A DNA stretch of 64,000 nt from a virus (Duplodnaviria > Caudoviricetes). Below, piece after piece: positions 24,148 to 33,309 of the stretch (position 1 is its first letter; each line of letters begins with the position of its first letter). A model generated the notes under the pieces. It did not search any database. It was not told where the DNA came from and saw nothing but the letters and a program-made list of their open reading frames with translations. Both the position numbers and the translations under genes were made by a program. The stretch lies in IMG/VR virus record IMGVR_UViG_3300010362_000015, positions 1-64,000 of that record. The stretch is one strand, 5' to 3'.

Positions 24148-25839
24148 TCACGCGGCCCTCTTCCTGGCATATCTGCCGGGAACACGTCCCTTTAAATTGA
24201 ACGGGATAGTGACGAAAGAACTGTTATCGCCGGGAACACCGCAATAACAGTTTCCAGCCGGTAAAACTACCCGCCCGATGATCTCGAACTCGCGGGTGCG
24301 GTCGTCGTAGATGACCTTCTCGCAGAAGCGCTTGAGGATCTCCACGCGGTCGGCGAACTCAGTCGGCTCGCCGGGCTCCACGATCTCGTCGCAGAAACTC
24401 TCGATGGCCGCATCCTCCGGCATAGCCACCACGTTGGCCTGCGCTGCGATGTCGGCCTTCACCACCTCGATCTGCGCCTTCACGGCAGCCAAGCGCTTCT
24501 GCGCCTCCGCATAGGGCACTGAGCTGTTCTGGTCGTACACCACGTCCACTGCGCGCTTCTCCTGCTTCAGGAGGGCCGCCAACTGGGCCTTCAGGTCAGG
24601 ACCGGCGGCGGGTTTGCCCTGGCATCCATAGTACGCCCGCACCCAGCCTTTGAGAGTAGCTTTGTTGGTGACTTCGGACCAGACCACGGTAAAGACCGAC
24701 CGGTCCAGGAGCTTCGAGGAAACGCCCCCGGCGGGACACAACCGGACGCAGTAATCCTTGCGGTCTATGTTGCCGCAACGATACGTCGGGCCGCCGCTGC
24801 CCGGGCTGGTGCTCAGGCGGCTGCCGCAGCGCTTGCAGACGGCCATCTTGGAAAGCTCGTACTGCTTCGACGGACGGCCTACGCGCAGGGCCTTGTTCCG
24901 CAGGTTGGCCTGCACTTTGTGGAAGACCGCCGCGGTGACGATGCTGGGGCATTTGGTGATCTTCTCTTCGCCGTCGATGGACTCATGAAAGTCGCCGATG
25001 TAGGCCGTGTTGGTGAGCATCTGGTACACAGTGGTGCGGCCCCAGCGACCGTCGTTCACGTCGCCCCTGGTGCGGCTCTTCCTGCTCAGTTTCTTTCCGG
25101 CGCGTGGGCTTGGGATGCCGAGCTTGTTGAGTTTCCGCGCGATCTCGGTCGGCCCGAGATGCGGATCGCAGGCCCACAGGAACACCATGCGGATGATCTC
25201 GGCCTGCGCATCGATGACAACCATGGTGCCGCGCGAGCCCTGCTTCTTGCCGACATACTTGTACCCGAAGGGCACACTGTTCGTCATGACGAATCCCTCG
25301 CGGGCTTTCTGGCGGCGGCAGCGCGTGGTGCGCTCGATGATCTTGTACTTCTCGTACTCGTTCATCGCGCCCTTGAAGTGGCGCATCAGGTTTCCCTCGG
25401 GCGAACGGGCGTAGTCCTCGTTGACGAATTCCAGGCGCACGTTGTGCTGCTCGCACAGATCTTCGAGAAAGAGCTGCAAGCTCAGCTTGCGGATCAGCCG
25501 GTCGAGCGAGAAGACCAGCAGCACGTCGATGAGTTCCGCGCGAATGATGTCGATCAACCTCTGGACGGCGGGCCGGTTGAGATCCTTGCCGCTGAAGTTG
25601 TCGTCGATGAACATCAGACTGTCATCGGTGTAGTAGCCGCGCTTCTTGGCGCATTCGAGCGTTTCGTAATCCTGCGACTTGATGGAGTAGTTGGCCCCGA
25701 CCTCGCTCTCTGGCGTCGGCGAGATCCGCGCGTAGCGCGCGCAGACCAGCAGCTTGGTGTCGGGCCGCTTGAACACTACCTGAAGATCAGATTTGGCGGC
25801 GGGCTGTTTAGGCCGCTTCGTTGGTCGCGGACTCATCAT
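24148..25839 (-). CDS. Large serine recombinase (integrase)
   Basis: YARIS catalytic motif, SGKDLNRP, SLDRLIR, PFGYK recombinase domain, Zn ribbon CKRC..RC..C, and coiled coil. Confidence 0.92.
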   Translation of the reverse strand: MMSPRPTKRPKQPAAKSDLQVVFKRPDTKLLVCARYARISPTPESEVGANYSIKSQDYETLECAKKRGYYTDDSLMFIDDNFSGKDLNRPAVQRLIDIIRAELIDVLLVFSLDRLIRKLSLQLFLEDLCEQHNVRLEFVNEDYARSPEGNLMRHFKGAMNEYEKYKIIERTTRCRRQKAREGFVMTNSVPFGYKYVGKKQGSRGTMVVIDAQAEIIRMVFLWACDPHLGPTEIARKLNKLGIPSPRAGKKLSRKSRTRGDVNDGRWGRTTVYQMLTNTAYIGDFHESIDGEEKITKCPSIVTAAVFHKVQANLRNKALRVGRPSKQYELSKMAVCKRCGSRLSTSPGSGGPTYRCGNIDRKDYCVRLCPAGGVSSKLLDRSVFTVVWSEVTNKATLKGWVRAYYGCQGKPAAGPDLKAQLAALLKQEKRAVDVVYDQNSSVPYAEAQKRLAAVKAQIEVVKADIAAQANVVAMPEDAAIESFCDEIVEPGEPTEFADRVEILKRFCEKVIYDDRTREFEIIGRVVLPAGNCYCGVPGDNSSFVTIPFNLKGRVPGRYARKRAA

Positions 25840-26219
25840 GAGCGCGCTTCTCCTCCTGCTCGCGTTTTCGCCGCCGTTGAATGCGCAGCAGCGCTTCGAC
25901 CAGATCGCGCGCGTTCTGCTCGGCCTGGGGGCTTGGCTCCGCGCCGGTGATCGTCCCCTTCAGTAACGGCTGCTTGGACGACGCCCGCCCAGGTGGCTTC
26001 CTGGCCATCAGCGATAGCCTCCACGGCGGCGAGCTTGGCCTTGAGCACCGGGGCCGCGTAGTGGGCGCAGATGCGCAGCGCCTCGACGGGATCGTCGGTC
26101 CTGGTATTGAGCTGCAGTACGTCGCCCCTGAGGTCGCGGTAGATCGCCCAGTAAACGACGCCTCGTTTGTGTATCGACCCGGCCCGAAACGGCAGCCGCG
26201 TCTGAATGGGTTTCTTCAT
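25836..26219 (-). CDS. Stand-alone Arm-type DNA-binding-like protein upstream of the integrase
   Basis: GSIHKRGVVYWAIYRD..NTRTDD..EA resembles the three-stranded arm-binding domain of tyrosine integrases. Confidence 0.55.
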   Translation of the reverse strand: MKKPIQTRLPFRAGSIHKRGVVYWAIYRDLRGDVLQLNTRTDDPVEALRICAHYAAPVLKAKLAAVEAIADGQEATWAGVVQAAVTEGDDHRRGAKPPGRAERARSGRSAAAHSTAAKTRAGGEARS

Positions 26220-26225
26220 GTCTCG

Positions 26226-26270
26226 AAATTAACATGATCCGTATTAAGCCTCAAGAGTTTTGGGGTGAAA
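26226..26270 (-). promoter_or_regulatory. Cassette-type promoter lacking the palindromic operator
   Basis: TTTCACCCC-N7-TTGAGG-17 nt-TAATTT-6 nt-ATG. Confidence 0.75.
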
Positions 26271-26565
26271 TCGGGCGCTTGGGCTCCTCAACCCGCCAGG
26301 GAGAATCTGGGCCCTGGGGCTCTCCCCGGTCGGCTGAATCGACTGCCTTTTCCTTTACGCGTTCCTGAGCGTCCCGCTGCCATACGCACGCCAGGATGTC
26401 TTCGGCCCACGTCACAGCCACCTCGATTTTCAACTTTCTTTTTCCGCCGATCTCGATGCCGTTGTATGTTTCTATCTGGCCTTGCAGCAGTAGCGTCGCC
26501 ATCAAGGCCAGCAGGCGATTGTCAAAAGCGTCCCACTCTTCCATGGTCATAACCTTCTCCTTCAT
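26251..26565 (-). CDS. Hypothetical protein
   Basis: Ends ISPQNS at the -35 TGA. Confidence 0.6.
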   Translation of the reverse strand: MKEKVMTMEEWDAFDNRLLALMATLLLQGQIETYNGIEIGGKRKLKIEVAVTWAEDILACVWQRDAQERVKEKAVDSADRGEPQGPDSPWRVEEPKRPISPQNS

Positions 26566-26864
26566 GGCTCCCACGGCGTCAGGGCGAACCCGTCGCCTTC
26601 CTCGGGCGGCTGATCCACCCACAGCGCCTCGTACAGCGACAAGCTGCGCGACACCACGCGATAGTCCAGCCTGCGCGCCTGCCGGAGCATGCGCAGAATT
26701 CGATCCGGCGAGCCCGGCGCGACCTCGCCCACAGCCACACGCACGTAGCGCCGGAGATCATCAGCGAAAAACTGGCGCCCGCGGGTTTGGCGCATGAACG
26801 CCAGCACCGCGCCGCCGATGCGCTCATTGACACGCTCGATGTTTTCCTGCTGCTCGGGGTCCAT
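26562..26864 (-). CDS. Winged-helix hypothetical protein
   Basis: PGSPDRILRMLR..RLDYRVVSRS.SLYE. Confidence 0.65.
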   Translation of the reverse strand: MDPEQQENIERVNERIGGAVLAFMRQTRGRQFFADDLRRYVRVAVGEVAPGSPDRILRMLRQARRLDYRVVSRSLSLYEALWVDQPPEEGDGFALTPWEP

Positions 26865-26868
26865 CGCG

Positions 26869-27123
26869 TCATTCCATTCCCAATTCCTGCCGCACTCCCG
26901 GCAGGTCCCTGAACCAGAACCGGCGCCCGTCAGCGGATTCGCCAGTCAGATGCATGCGAAGGATCGGGGAAGCCTTCCCGCGCAAGTGCTGGCGCAGCCA
27001 CTGCAGGCCGACCACAATAAAGCCATGCGGGCTGCGCGGATCGATCTGAGGCGGCATGGCGGCGACTTCGCTCCGCGAGAGCACGCCGTCCATTCCAGCC
27101 CAAGGATCGGGAAGGTCACTCAT
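26869..27123 (-). CDS. Small hypothetical protein
   Basis: Coupled ORF. Confidence 0.5.
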   Translation of the reverse strand: MSDLPDPWAGMDGVLSRSEVAAMPPQIDPRSPHGFIVVGLQWLRQHLRGKASPILRMHLTGESADGRRFWFRDLPGVRQELGME

Positions 27124-27328
27124 CGTTCCAGCGGTCCATCCATGCTTCCATCAGCCGGTCGGCGCATGCGACGGCTTCCTGCGCGTGTAGAACAGGATCA
27201 TGATGAGCACCTGGGGCGCCTACCAGCGCCGCCACCGCCGTGAGGACTGCGCGCACCCAAAAGTCCATCCGAACTGCAGTCTGGGCTGCAGGCGCGAGCC
27301 CCGTCGAAGTTGCGGCCTCTTGCTTCAC
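27116..27328 (-). CDS. Small hypothetical protein
   Basis: Coupled ORF. Confidence 0.55.
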   Translation of the reverse strand: MKQEAATSTGLAPAAQTAVRMDFWVRAVLTAVAALVGAPGAHHDPVLHAQEAVACADRLMEAWMDRWNDE

Positions 27329-27510
27329 TTGTCCTCCTCCGCGGCCAGCGCGATGGCCTCGCGCAGATTCCTGCCGGTGACCTCGCCCGGGCAGCCGGTC
27401 TTCTCGTAACAGAAGTTCAGGATCACTCTGGTCCCGGCGCTGAGGTCGCGCAGGATCTGCACGTCGTCAACGTGCTCTTCGGCCCAATCGAGTAGTTCCT
27501 TGTCGTTCAT
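27325..27510 (-). CDS. Small hypothetical protein
   Basis: DKELLDW..LREAI.A motif. Confidence 0.6.
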   Translation of the reverse strand: MNDKELLDWAEEHVDDVQILRDLSAGTRVILNFCYEKTGCPGEVTGRNLREAIALAAEEDK

Positions 27511-27797
27511 GGCTTGGCCTTCTTGAATAACTCCCTATCGACGCACGTTCCCCAGTGCGACGTGCCGTCCAGGTTGTAGATGCCGACGGCGCCGCTGACG
27601 TGCCGCACCATGTAGACGTTGGCCTTGCAGTTGGGCCCGCGACACACGCGCGGATCGCCGACCTTGCTCAGCAGCGCGCGCATGTTGGCCCGCCAGCGGT
27701 TCGCGGCGGCTTCGAGCGATTGGATCTCAGCAGCCAGCAGCTCGGCCCGTTCGGCCAGTGCGGAGGCCTGCGCCTCCAGAGCTTCGACGTCGGTCAT
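27507..27797 (-). CDS. Coiled coil plus Zn-binding hypothetical protein
   Basis: CRGPNC..DGTSHWGTC. Confidence 0.65.
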   Translation of the reverse strand: MTDVEALEAQASALAERAELLAAEIQSLEAAANRWRANMRALLSKVGDPRVCRGPNCKANVYMVRHVSGAVGIYNLDGTSHWGTCVDRELFKKAKP

Positions 27798-28015
27798 TCG
27801 AGACACTCCGTTCCTTCGCTGGTGATGGTCAGCTCGTGCAGCAGCTCGCGCGTCTTCGGGTTGCGCCACTCGATGCTGATGCCGCCGATCAAGTTGCACC
27901 GCACCTCGGGCGTCGCGTTCAGGACCTGTTCGGCGAACCAGATGGCCGCATCGGTCGGCGGCTGATCGCCGCAGCCGGGATCGACGCCGCGCAGGTGATC
28001 CAACTTTATGGTCAC
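27794..28015 (-). CDS. Small hypothetical protein
   Basis: Coupled ORF. Confidence 0.5.
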   Translation of the reverse strand: MTIKLDHLRGVDPGCGDQPPTDAAIWFAEQVLNATPEVRCNLIGGISIEWRNPKTRELLHELTITSEGTECLE

Positions 28016-28545
28016 GCCGCTCCCTTGTCTGAATCAGCCAATTGCTGCAAAGCTTCTTCGAGCATCAACTTGGGATTCGCATCCTGAAGCGGCTTAACAG
28101 CTCGGTGTACCCGATCAAATTCCACGCGCGAAGCGGCGACTTCTTCTTCGTGCTTCCGCAGTAAGTATGCATGAGAGTCCATCTGCCAGCCCACCGCTTT
28201 GTAGTTCGCGACGAACTTGACTTTGTTGGCGCCCGACATAAAGCTGATCGCCCCTGGCAGCTCGATGCCCTGGAGGTTCAGGGGCAGCGTCAGTTGCGCT
28301 TTGCCATTGCGCGAAATTTCCAACGCACCCGAAGTGCCCAGTATGTCGTCGGCCCATTTGACCAGTAGCCGCAGGATTGAATATGCAGCTATCCGACGCA
28401 GGAGGCGTTCCTCCTGGTTATAGAAGTCCTCGGCCAGGGCCTTGGTCGAAACGTCCGCTTTCACCTCCAGTTCGCCAGAGATGAAGCGCTCGAAACGCGA
28501 GCGCGCCTCCGTCTGTAGATCTTTGATGCTGCTATCTTTTTTCAT
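28012..28545 (-). CDS. Hypothetical protein
   Basis: Coupled downstream of the DUF3102 gene. Confidence 0.65.
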   Translation of the reverse strand: MKKDSSIKDLQTEARSRFERFISGELEVKADVSTKALAEDFYNQEERLLRRIAAYSILRLLVKWADDILGTSGALEISRNGKAQLTLPLNLQGIELPGAISFMSGANKVKFVANYKAVGWQMDSHAYLLRKHEEEVAASRVEFDRVHRAVKPLQDANPKLMLEEALQQLADSDKGAA

Positions 28546-29369
28546 AACCGTTCATCGAAAAGTTTGAGTAACTCGACGGCTGCGCGCCGGTCAGCCGCCT
28601 TGAAATCGCCCTTCCAGCGCCGGTCCTTGACTAAGTCGGCGAGAGTCTCGGGCGAATCGGATGTAGAGGCGGCCCAGCGTATGAAGTCGGCTAGCATGCC
28701 CACGCGCTTCCAGTCGGCTCGCCATTGGGCCTGATCCTCAACTGTCATGGGCGGTTGATATACGCCATTGCGGTCGAGCGTGTGAGCGCCGGTTTCTATG
28801 GCTACCTTGCGGGCCTCTGCTGGCGACGGCAGCATTCTCTTCTGCTCGATCTCGGCCTGCTTGGCCACTCTGACCGCGTCGAACAATTTGGCAACGGCCT
28901 TGGGGGCGTCGCCCGTTCTGTTGTATTCGGCTACGACACTCTTCACCTCGGAGTGCGTAACCTTCTCGCCCATGTCCAGGCGGTGGATGACTTCGGCGCG
29001 AACTGGCTCGGGAGTCTTGGGGGCGGCGATCAGGTAGAGGGCAGAGACATCGATTTCCAAATTCCCAAAATTTGGGAGTTTCACATTTTGATAAACCAGC
29101 ATGAAGTTTTCGGCGCTTGATTTCTTCCATTGAAATTCCGCCTTGATCCATGTCAGGAATCCCAACCGCTCTTGATCCTCGCGACTCCGGCCCTTGTTGT
29201 ACTCCCGCAGGCGTTCCTTCACTTCTGTCAGCCACTGTCCGATTCTTACGATGCCCGCAGCCGTCGCTCGCGCCGCTTGATGGATCTGCGCGGCCCGTTC
29301 TTTAACAAACTCGCGCGTGGATTTGTCCAGCGAGCCGTAATCGAAGGCCAGTTGTTCCGGCTGTTTCAT
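28542..29369 (-). CDS. DUF3102-domain protein
   Basis: IVRIGQWLTEVKERL..GFLTWIKAEFQW..SAENFM..SALYLIAAP.TPE. Confidence 0.75.
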   Translation of the reverse strand: MKQPEQLAFDYGSLDKSTREFVKERAAQIHQAARATAAGIVRIGQWLTEVKERLREYNKGRSREDQERLGFLTWIKAEFQWKKSSAENFMLVYQNVKLPNFGNLEIDVSALYLIAAPKTPEPVRAEVIHRLDMGEKVTHSEVKSVVAEYNRTGDAPKAVAKLFDAVRVAKQAEIEQKRMLPSPAEARKVAIETGAHTLDRNGVYQPPMTVEDQAQWRADWKRVGMLADFIRWAASTSDSPETLADLVKDRRWKGDFKAADRRAAVELLKLFDERL

Positions 29370-29665
29370 TCCTTCTCTTTCCTGAACTCGGCCCGCGCCT
29401 CCTCGATGGTCATGGGCTTCTCGAACTCCACGATCTCGACGCCCGCGCGCTCCATCTCTTCGGTGACGAGCTTCAGCAGGTCGCCGAACTCGTCGCTGTG
29501 CTCGTGGCCCAGCAGCCAGCACATGGCGTCGGCGTAGGCTTCGGCCCGCAGCCACTGCATGGGGTTCAGCGCATTACCGAGCGTCTCGGGGTGAAGGCAG
29601 TTCATCGCGAACATATCGTGCGCGTCTTGCACCTCGCGCTCGCTGCGGATGATCTTGCTTTCCAT
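29366..29665 (-). CDS. Hypothetical protein
   Basis: Coupled ORF. Confidence 0.6.
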   Translation of the reverse strand: MESKIIRSEREVQDAHDMFAMNCLHPETLGNALNPMQWLRAEAYADAMCWLLGHEHSDEFGDLLKLVTEEMERAGVEIVEFEKPMTIEEARAEFRKEKE

Positions 29666-29668
29666 CGG

Positions 29669-30172
29669 CTACAGGGGCTCCAGATACCGCACCGGCTTGC
29701 CCAGGCATTCCGCGTATGTGATTTCCGCCGCCGTCGATGCGCCGATGTAGCCGCCGACGTTCAGCACCAGAACTTCGTCGGCGAGATCAATCTTGCGCAG
29801 GTGCAACACATCGAGCCGCGCCTTTTCCTCAGCTGTGAGAATCTCGCAATGCGTCCCCATCAGCGGCTCATCGACCGGCCCATGAACGAAGAAGCCGACC
29901 GTCAAGACGATGCGCCCGGCCCGCGTCTCGTCGCGGTTGGCCTCCTGGTATGCGCGCCAGAAGCGCGTCGATCCGCACAGGCAGACCACCCGCGGCTTGA
30001 GCGCGGCGATCTGGCGGGCCAGTTCGGGATCTCTGGTCTTGACGTCGCCCAGCGGCGAGCTGACCGGGACCGGCAATTCTTCTCGGCTCATATTTCCACT
30101 CCTTTTCCAGGTATCGATCCACTCCCTGACGCTCATCGCCGGGCTGCTAAGGATCTGCTGCTTTGGGCTCAT
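29669..30172 (-). CDS. Nucleoside 2-deoxyribosyltransferase-like Rossmannoid protein
   Basis: VVCLCGSTRF..H.RKIDLADEVLVLNVGGYIG.ST..EI.YA...GKPV.Y. Confidence 0.7.
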   Translation of the reverse strand: MSPKQQILSSPAMSVREWIDTWKRSGNMSREELPVPVSSPLGDVKTRDPELARQIAALKPRVVCLCGSTRFWRAYQEANRDETRAGRIVLTVGFFVHGPVDEPLMGTHCEILTAEEKARLDVLHLRKIDLADEVLVLNVGGYIGASTAAEITYAECLGKPVRYLEPL

Positions 30173-30356
30173 ACACCCTCCTGAGGCCCGTCTGCTGTGC
30201 GAAGACCAGCAGCTTGTCGTACTCGACCGCGAAGCGTGCGCGTGTGCGCTTCTCGAAGATTTCCAGGTGCTGTGGAAACAACGTCACAACGATAGGCCGG
30301 TCGCTCGCGCACAACGTCGCCGTCTCGCGCGTCACCGGGTCGGTGATCCTGGTCAC
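30147..30356 (-). CDS. Small hypothetical protein
   Basis: Coupled ORF. Confidence 0.55.
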   Translation of the reverse strand: MTRITDPVTRETATLCASDRPIVVTLFPQHLEIFEKRTRARFAVEYDKLLVFAQQTGLRRVYEPKAADP

Positions 30357-30706
30357 TCAGCCTCCGGCGGCTCGGCCCCATCGAAGAGGCTGCGCTGCCG
30401 CTCGGCGGGCGTCATCCACTCGTCGCGGTACTCGCCGTTGTCCCGGCGCACGAGCCGCTTCTTGCCGGGCTCGGGCGTGTCGGGCAGGACATCGACTTCA
30501 ACATCGATCATTTCGTAGCCCGAGAAAATCTTCTGCTGGAGGTCGCCGCACTCGCGCGCCAGGATTTTGATCTGCCCGCTGAACACCGCGGTGGCGGCCT
30601 TCTTCTGCTCTTCCAGCCGTCCCTTCTCGATACCCTTTTCGCTCAGCTCGCGGCCCATCGCCAGCTTCTCTTCATCTGTGAATTTCCGCGGATATTGCTC
30701 GATCAT
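30353..30706 (-). CDS. Conserved phage hypothetical protein
   Basis: Coiled coil, then SGYE..V..RRD.GE..MTPAERQ.SLF. Confidence 0.65.
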   Translation of the reverse strand: MIEQYPRKFTDEEKLAMGRELSEKGIEKGRLEEQKKAATAVFSGQIKILARECGDLQQKIFSGYEMIDVEVDVLPDTPEPGKKRLVRRDNGEYRDEWMTPAERQRSLFDGAEPPEAE

Positions 30707-30873
30707 TCTTCCTCCAACGTTCCGCAGTCCAAACATCGGTGGCCCTTGTAGCTCCACGTCTCCGCATAGCCGTCAGGCGCATACACGCCGGTTTCGTACT
30801 CGCCCTCGACATACCGCAGGTTGGTCGAGCCGCAGTGCGAGCAGCAGGCCTCTACCTCCACCTCATCCGGCAT
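30703..30873 (-). CDS. Zn-ribbon mini-protein (56 aa)
   Basis: CSHCGS..CLDCG; below the track cut-off. Confidence 0.55.
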   Translation of the reverse strand: MPDEVEVEACCSHCGSTNLRYVEGEYETGVYAPDGYAETWSYKGHRCLDCGTLEEE

Positions 30874-31852
30874 TGGGCGGCCCCTGCTCCGATAGCGGCG
30901 GCTTGGAGAGAATCCTGTCCCGCACCTTCTGCCGGGGCTCCGGCTTCTCCTCGCCTTCGGCGGGCGCGTCCTTCATCCGCATGATGTCGGCCCAGCTATA
31001 CTCGCCGTCCTTCAGACCGTTCCAGAGCGTGCGCAGTTCGCCCACATCCTTGGGCGTCAGTGAATCGAGGGGCTGGCCCAGATACTCCAGCAGCATCGAC
31101 ACCGTCACGCCGACCTTGGCGAAGCCGTCGATCAGCCTGCGCTTGACGGCATCGGGATCTTGGGTAGTGGTAGCGGCAAGAGTCTCATCGATGACTTCGC
31201 GTGCGCGGTCCAGGATGTCGCGCGGCAGAAGCCGCTTGCCCTGGTCGCGGATCAGCTTGCTGCGCTCGGCCCCGATTAGCAGGCGAAACTCGTCCTTGGT
31301 GGCTTCGAGCAGATAGACGTCGTCGCCGTAGGTGTTCTGGCGCTGCCCGTGATGCTTGCGGCCCTCGGGCACAAACCTGCGCTCGACCAGCTTGTCCACC
31401 ACGCTCTCGGTCGAGTAGCCGACATTGTTCTGCACATCAACCACGCCTACGGTGAGCTTGGCCTTCTCGACGTCCTCGTAGGGTATCCGCGAGGTAACGT
31501 GGACGTGCTGGTAATGCTGGATGGCAGTCTCGACAAACCGGATCGAGAAATCGATGGCGAAGCTCTGCTCCATCTTGCCGGTTTCGGCGTTCTTTTTCTT
31601 CCCAACGGGCTTACGGAAAAGCGCGATGTCGGCAAAGCTCGACCGGCGGCAGTCCTTGATGATGGCCTGCTCGAAGAGATCGATGTTCCGCGGATGATGC
31701 AGCGCATGGACGATGCGGGCCTCGATCTCGGCCCTGGCTTCGGCAGCCGCGGCGGCCACCGCCATCTCATGCGAGACTGTGCTCTCCTGCGCCAGATCCT
31801 GGCGCACCGTGACTTGTGATCCGCCTCTGATGAGGTCGGTTGGTTCAGGCAT
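30863..31852 (-). CDS. Putative single-strand annealing protein
   Basis: Coupled directly to YqaJ; EARAEIEARIV.A...PR..SIRF.E motif and acidic flexible tail. Confidence 0.6.
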   Translation of the reverse strand: MPEPTDLIRGGSQVTVRQDLAQESTVSHEMAVAAAAAEARAEIEARIVHALHHPRNIDLFEQAIIKDCRRSSFADIALFRKPVGKKKNAETGKMEQSFAIDFSIRFVETAIQHYQHVHVTSRIPYEDVEKAKLTVGVVDVQNNVGYSTESVVDKLVERRFVPEGRKHHGQRQNTYGDDVYLLEATKDEFRLLIGAERSKLIRDQGKRLLPRDILDRAREVIDETLAATTTQDPDAVKRRLIDGFAKVGVTVSMLLEYLGQPLDSLTPKDVGELRTLWNGLKDGEYSWADIMRMKDAPAEGEEKPEPRQKVRDRILSKPPLSEQGPPNAG

Positions 31853-32862
31853 TACGCTGCGTCCTCCTCTTCCTTCTTCGCCGCGGCCCGGGCTTCCTTC
31901 AGCGCCGGAGCCGTCAGCATGAATTTCCGGTAGTCCTTGCCCTGCCGGGTGTAGAACTCCTCCAGCTCGGCGTGCTTGGCTGGCTCCAAGAATTGCTGTC
32001 TCAGGCCGATGGCCATGGACTTCCAGTCGGTGATCTTGCGGCCCTTGGTCGAGCGCCACGTGACCTTGCCGTCGGCCCATTCGATGCCCTCGCGATTCTG
32101 GATGGCCGACTGGATGTCGTACTCCAGCTTGTCGCGGCGCTGCTCCATCTCCTCCTGGTTCACGCGGAGCCACAGGTATTCCGTCAGCATCTCCAGCTCG
32201 CTCTCCTCAGCCGGTCGGATGTCGGGCTTCTTGTGATACGGGTATTCCAGGTTCAGCCACCGGCGCGTGATGTCGGTAGGCCGCTCGACCGGCACCGGCA
32301 CGCGCTCGATGATGTGCTGCCGCCACCAATATTGGCCGTCGGCGAGGAAACGCGCGAACAGCTCCTGGTCGGGCTTGAACCAGAAATAGTGCATGGTGCC
32401 GCGGTAGAAGACCGCCAGCAGCCAGTAGGCCCGCCCGGTGATGCCCAGGTAGGCCTGCACCTGAATGATCCACTGCCGGGGCAGGAGCAGCTCGTCATCG
32501 TCCACGAGCTTGATCGGGCTGAATTCGGAAACGAACTTGGACTCGACGCCGCCGCCGTCTTCGGTGAGTGCGTCGGGGCTGCCGACCAGCACGGTGTCCT
32601 GGTAGCGCAGCGTGCGCGGCTCGGGAACGATCAGCTTGAGCTGGTGATCGCGCGCGGCCATCTTGAGGATGGCGGGCTCGAAGATGTCGCCCATGTCGCG
32701 CTGGCGCTGCCTACTTGCGCTTACAGGGCCCTCCAGTGCGCCCGGCTCGCTGAGTTTGATGCGTTGCAGGTCGGCCTGCGGCAGGTCTGGATTCTCGTCG
32801 TACAGGCTGGACAGCTCGGTCGCAGCGATCCCCTGGTGGCGCACTTCCCGGTCGAACGGCAT
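31852..32862 (-). CDS. YqaJ-like viral recombinase / lambda exonuclease family
   Basis: GIAATE, G.IFEP.I, GSPDAL, VESK, QVQAYL motifs. Confidence 0.88.
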   Translation of the reverse strand: MPFDREVRHQGIAATELSSLYDENPDLPQADLQRIKLSEPGALEGPVSASRQRQRDMGDIFEPAILKMAARDHQLKLIVPEPRTLRYQDTVLVGSPDALTEDGGGVESKFVSEFSPIKLVDDDELLLPRQWIIQVQAYLGITGRAYWLLAVFYRGTMHYFWFKPDQELFARFLADGQYWWRQHIIERVPVPVERPTDITRRWLNLEYPYHKKPDIRPAEESELEMLTEYLWLRVNQEEMEQRRDKLEYDIQSAIQNREGIEWADGKVTWRSTKGRKITDWKSMAIGLRQQFLEPAKHAELEEFYTRQGKDYRKFMLTAPALKEARAAAKKEEEDAA

Positions 32863-33021
32863 AGCTCTTCCTCAGGACGGGACGTGCTACCTCCAGCTGC
32901 CACTCACGCAGTTCGATCCACCAGCAGGGCCAGCAGAGCCAACGGTGGACAAGCCACTCGTCGCCCAGCTGGTCCCTGCAGCGGTCGCATAGCAGACTGG
33001 TAGCTGCTTCCAGCCAATCCA

Positions 33022-33309
33022 TCAACCTCTCCCGTTGGCGGATAACGTCTCGTCGTCGATACTGTCGATCTCGTTTACAGCAGCATTCTCGTTGGGCGCG
33101 GGCTTCAGATGCTTCATGGCCAGATCGGTGATGATCGTGCCGATGGGGGGCTTGCCGCGGCCCTTGAGGTACTGCTGTTGAATCTCCCACTTGATCCGCC
33201 GCAGAGCGACTCGGGTGACGGTAGCGTTGATCTTCGCGAGCGCGGCGTCGATTTCGGCCTGAGGCAACGTAGCCTCGATGACTGGTACAGCTTTCTTGGT
33301 CTTCTTCAC
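33022..33309 (-). CDS. Ribbon-helix-helix repressor candidate (first gene of the early operon)
   Basis: KINATV strand, helix, G..P, IGTIITDL helix; AGGAGA SD and GTG. Confidence 0.55.
   Translation of the reverse strand: MKKTKKAVPVIEATLPQAEIDAALAKINATVTRVALRRIKWEIQQQYLKGRGKPPIGTIITDLAMKHLKPAPNENAAVNEIDSIDDETLSANGRG

Noticed and set aside
26949-26960. GATGCATGCGAA and similar partial operator matches in coding DNA (also near 8015 and 16708)
   Set aside because: At most 9/12 match with no flanking -35, -10 or TTTCACCC; likely chance.
31840-33003. Long plus-strand ORFs opposite YqaJ, integrase (24919-25950), portal (58493-59620) and tape measure (46558-47844, 48016-49359)
   Set aside because: Antisense shadows expected from GC3-biased coding on the minus strand.
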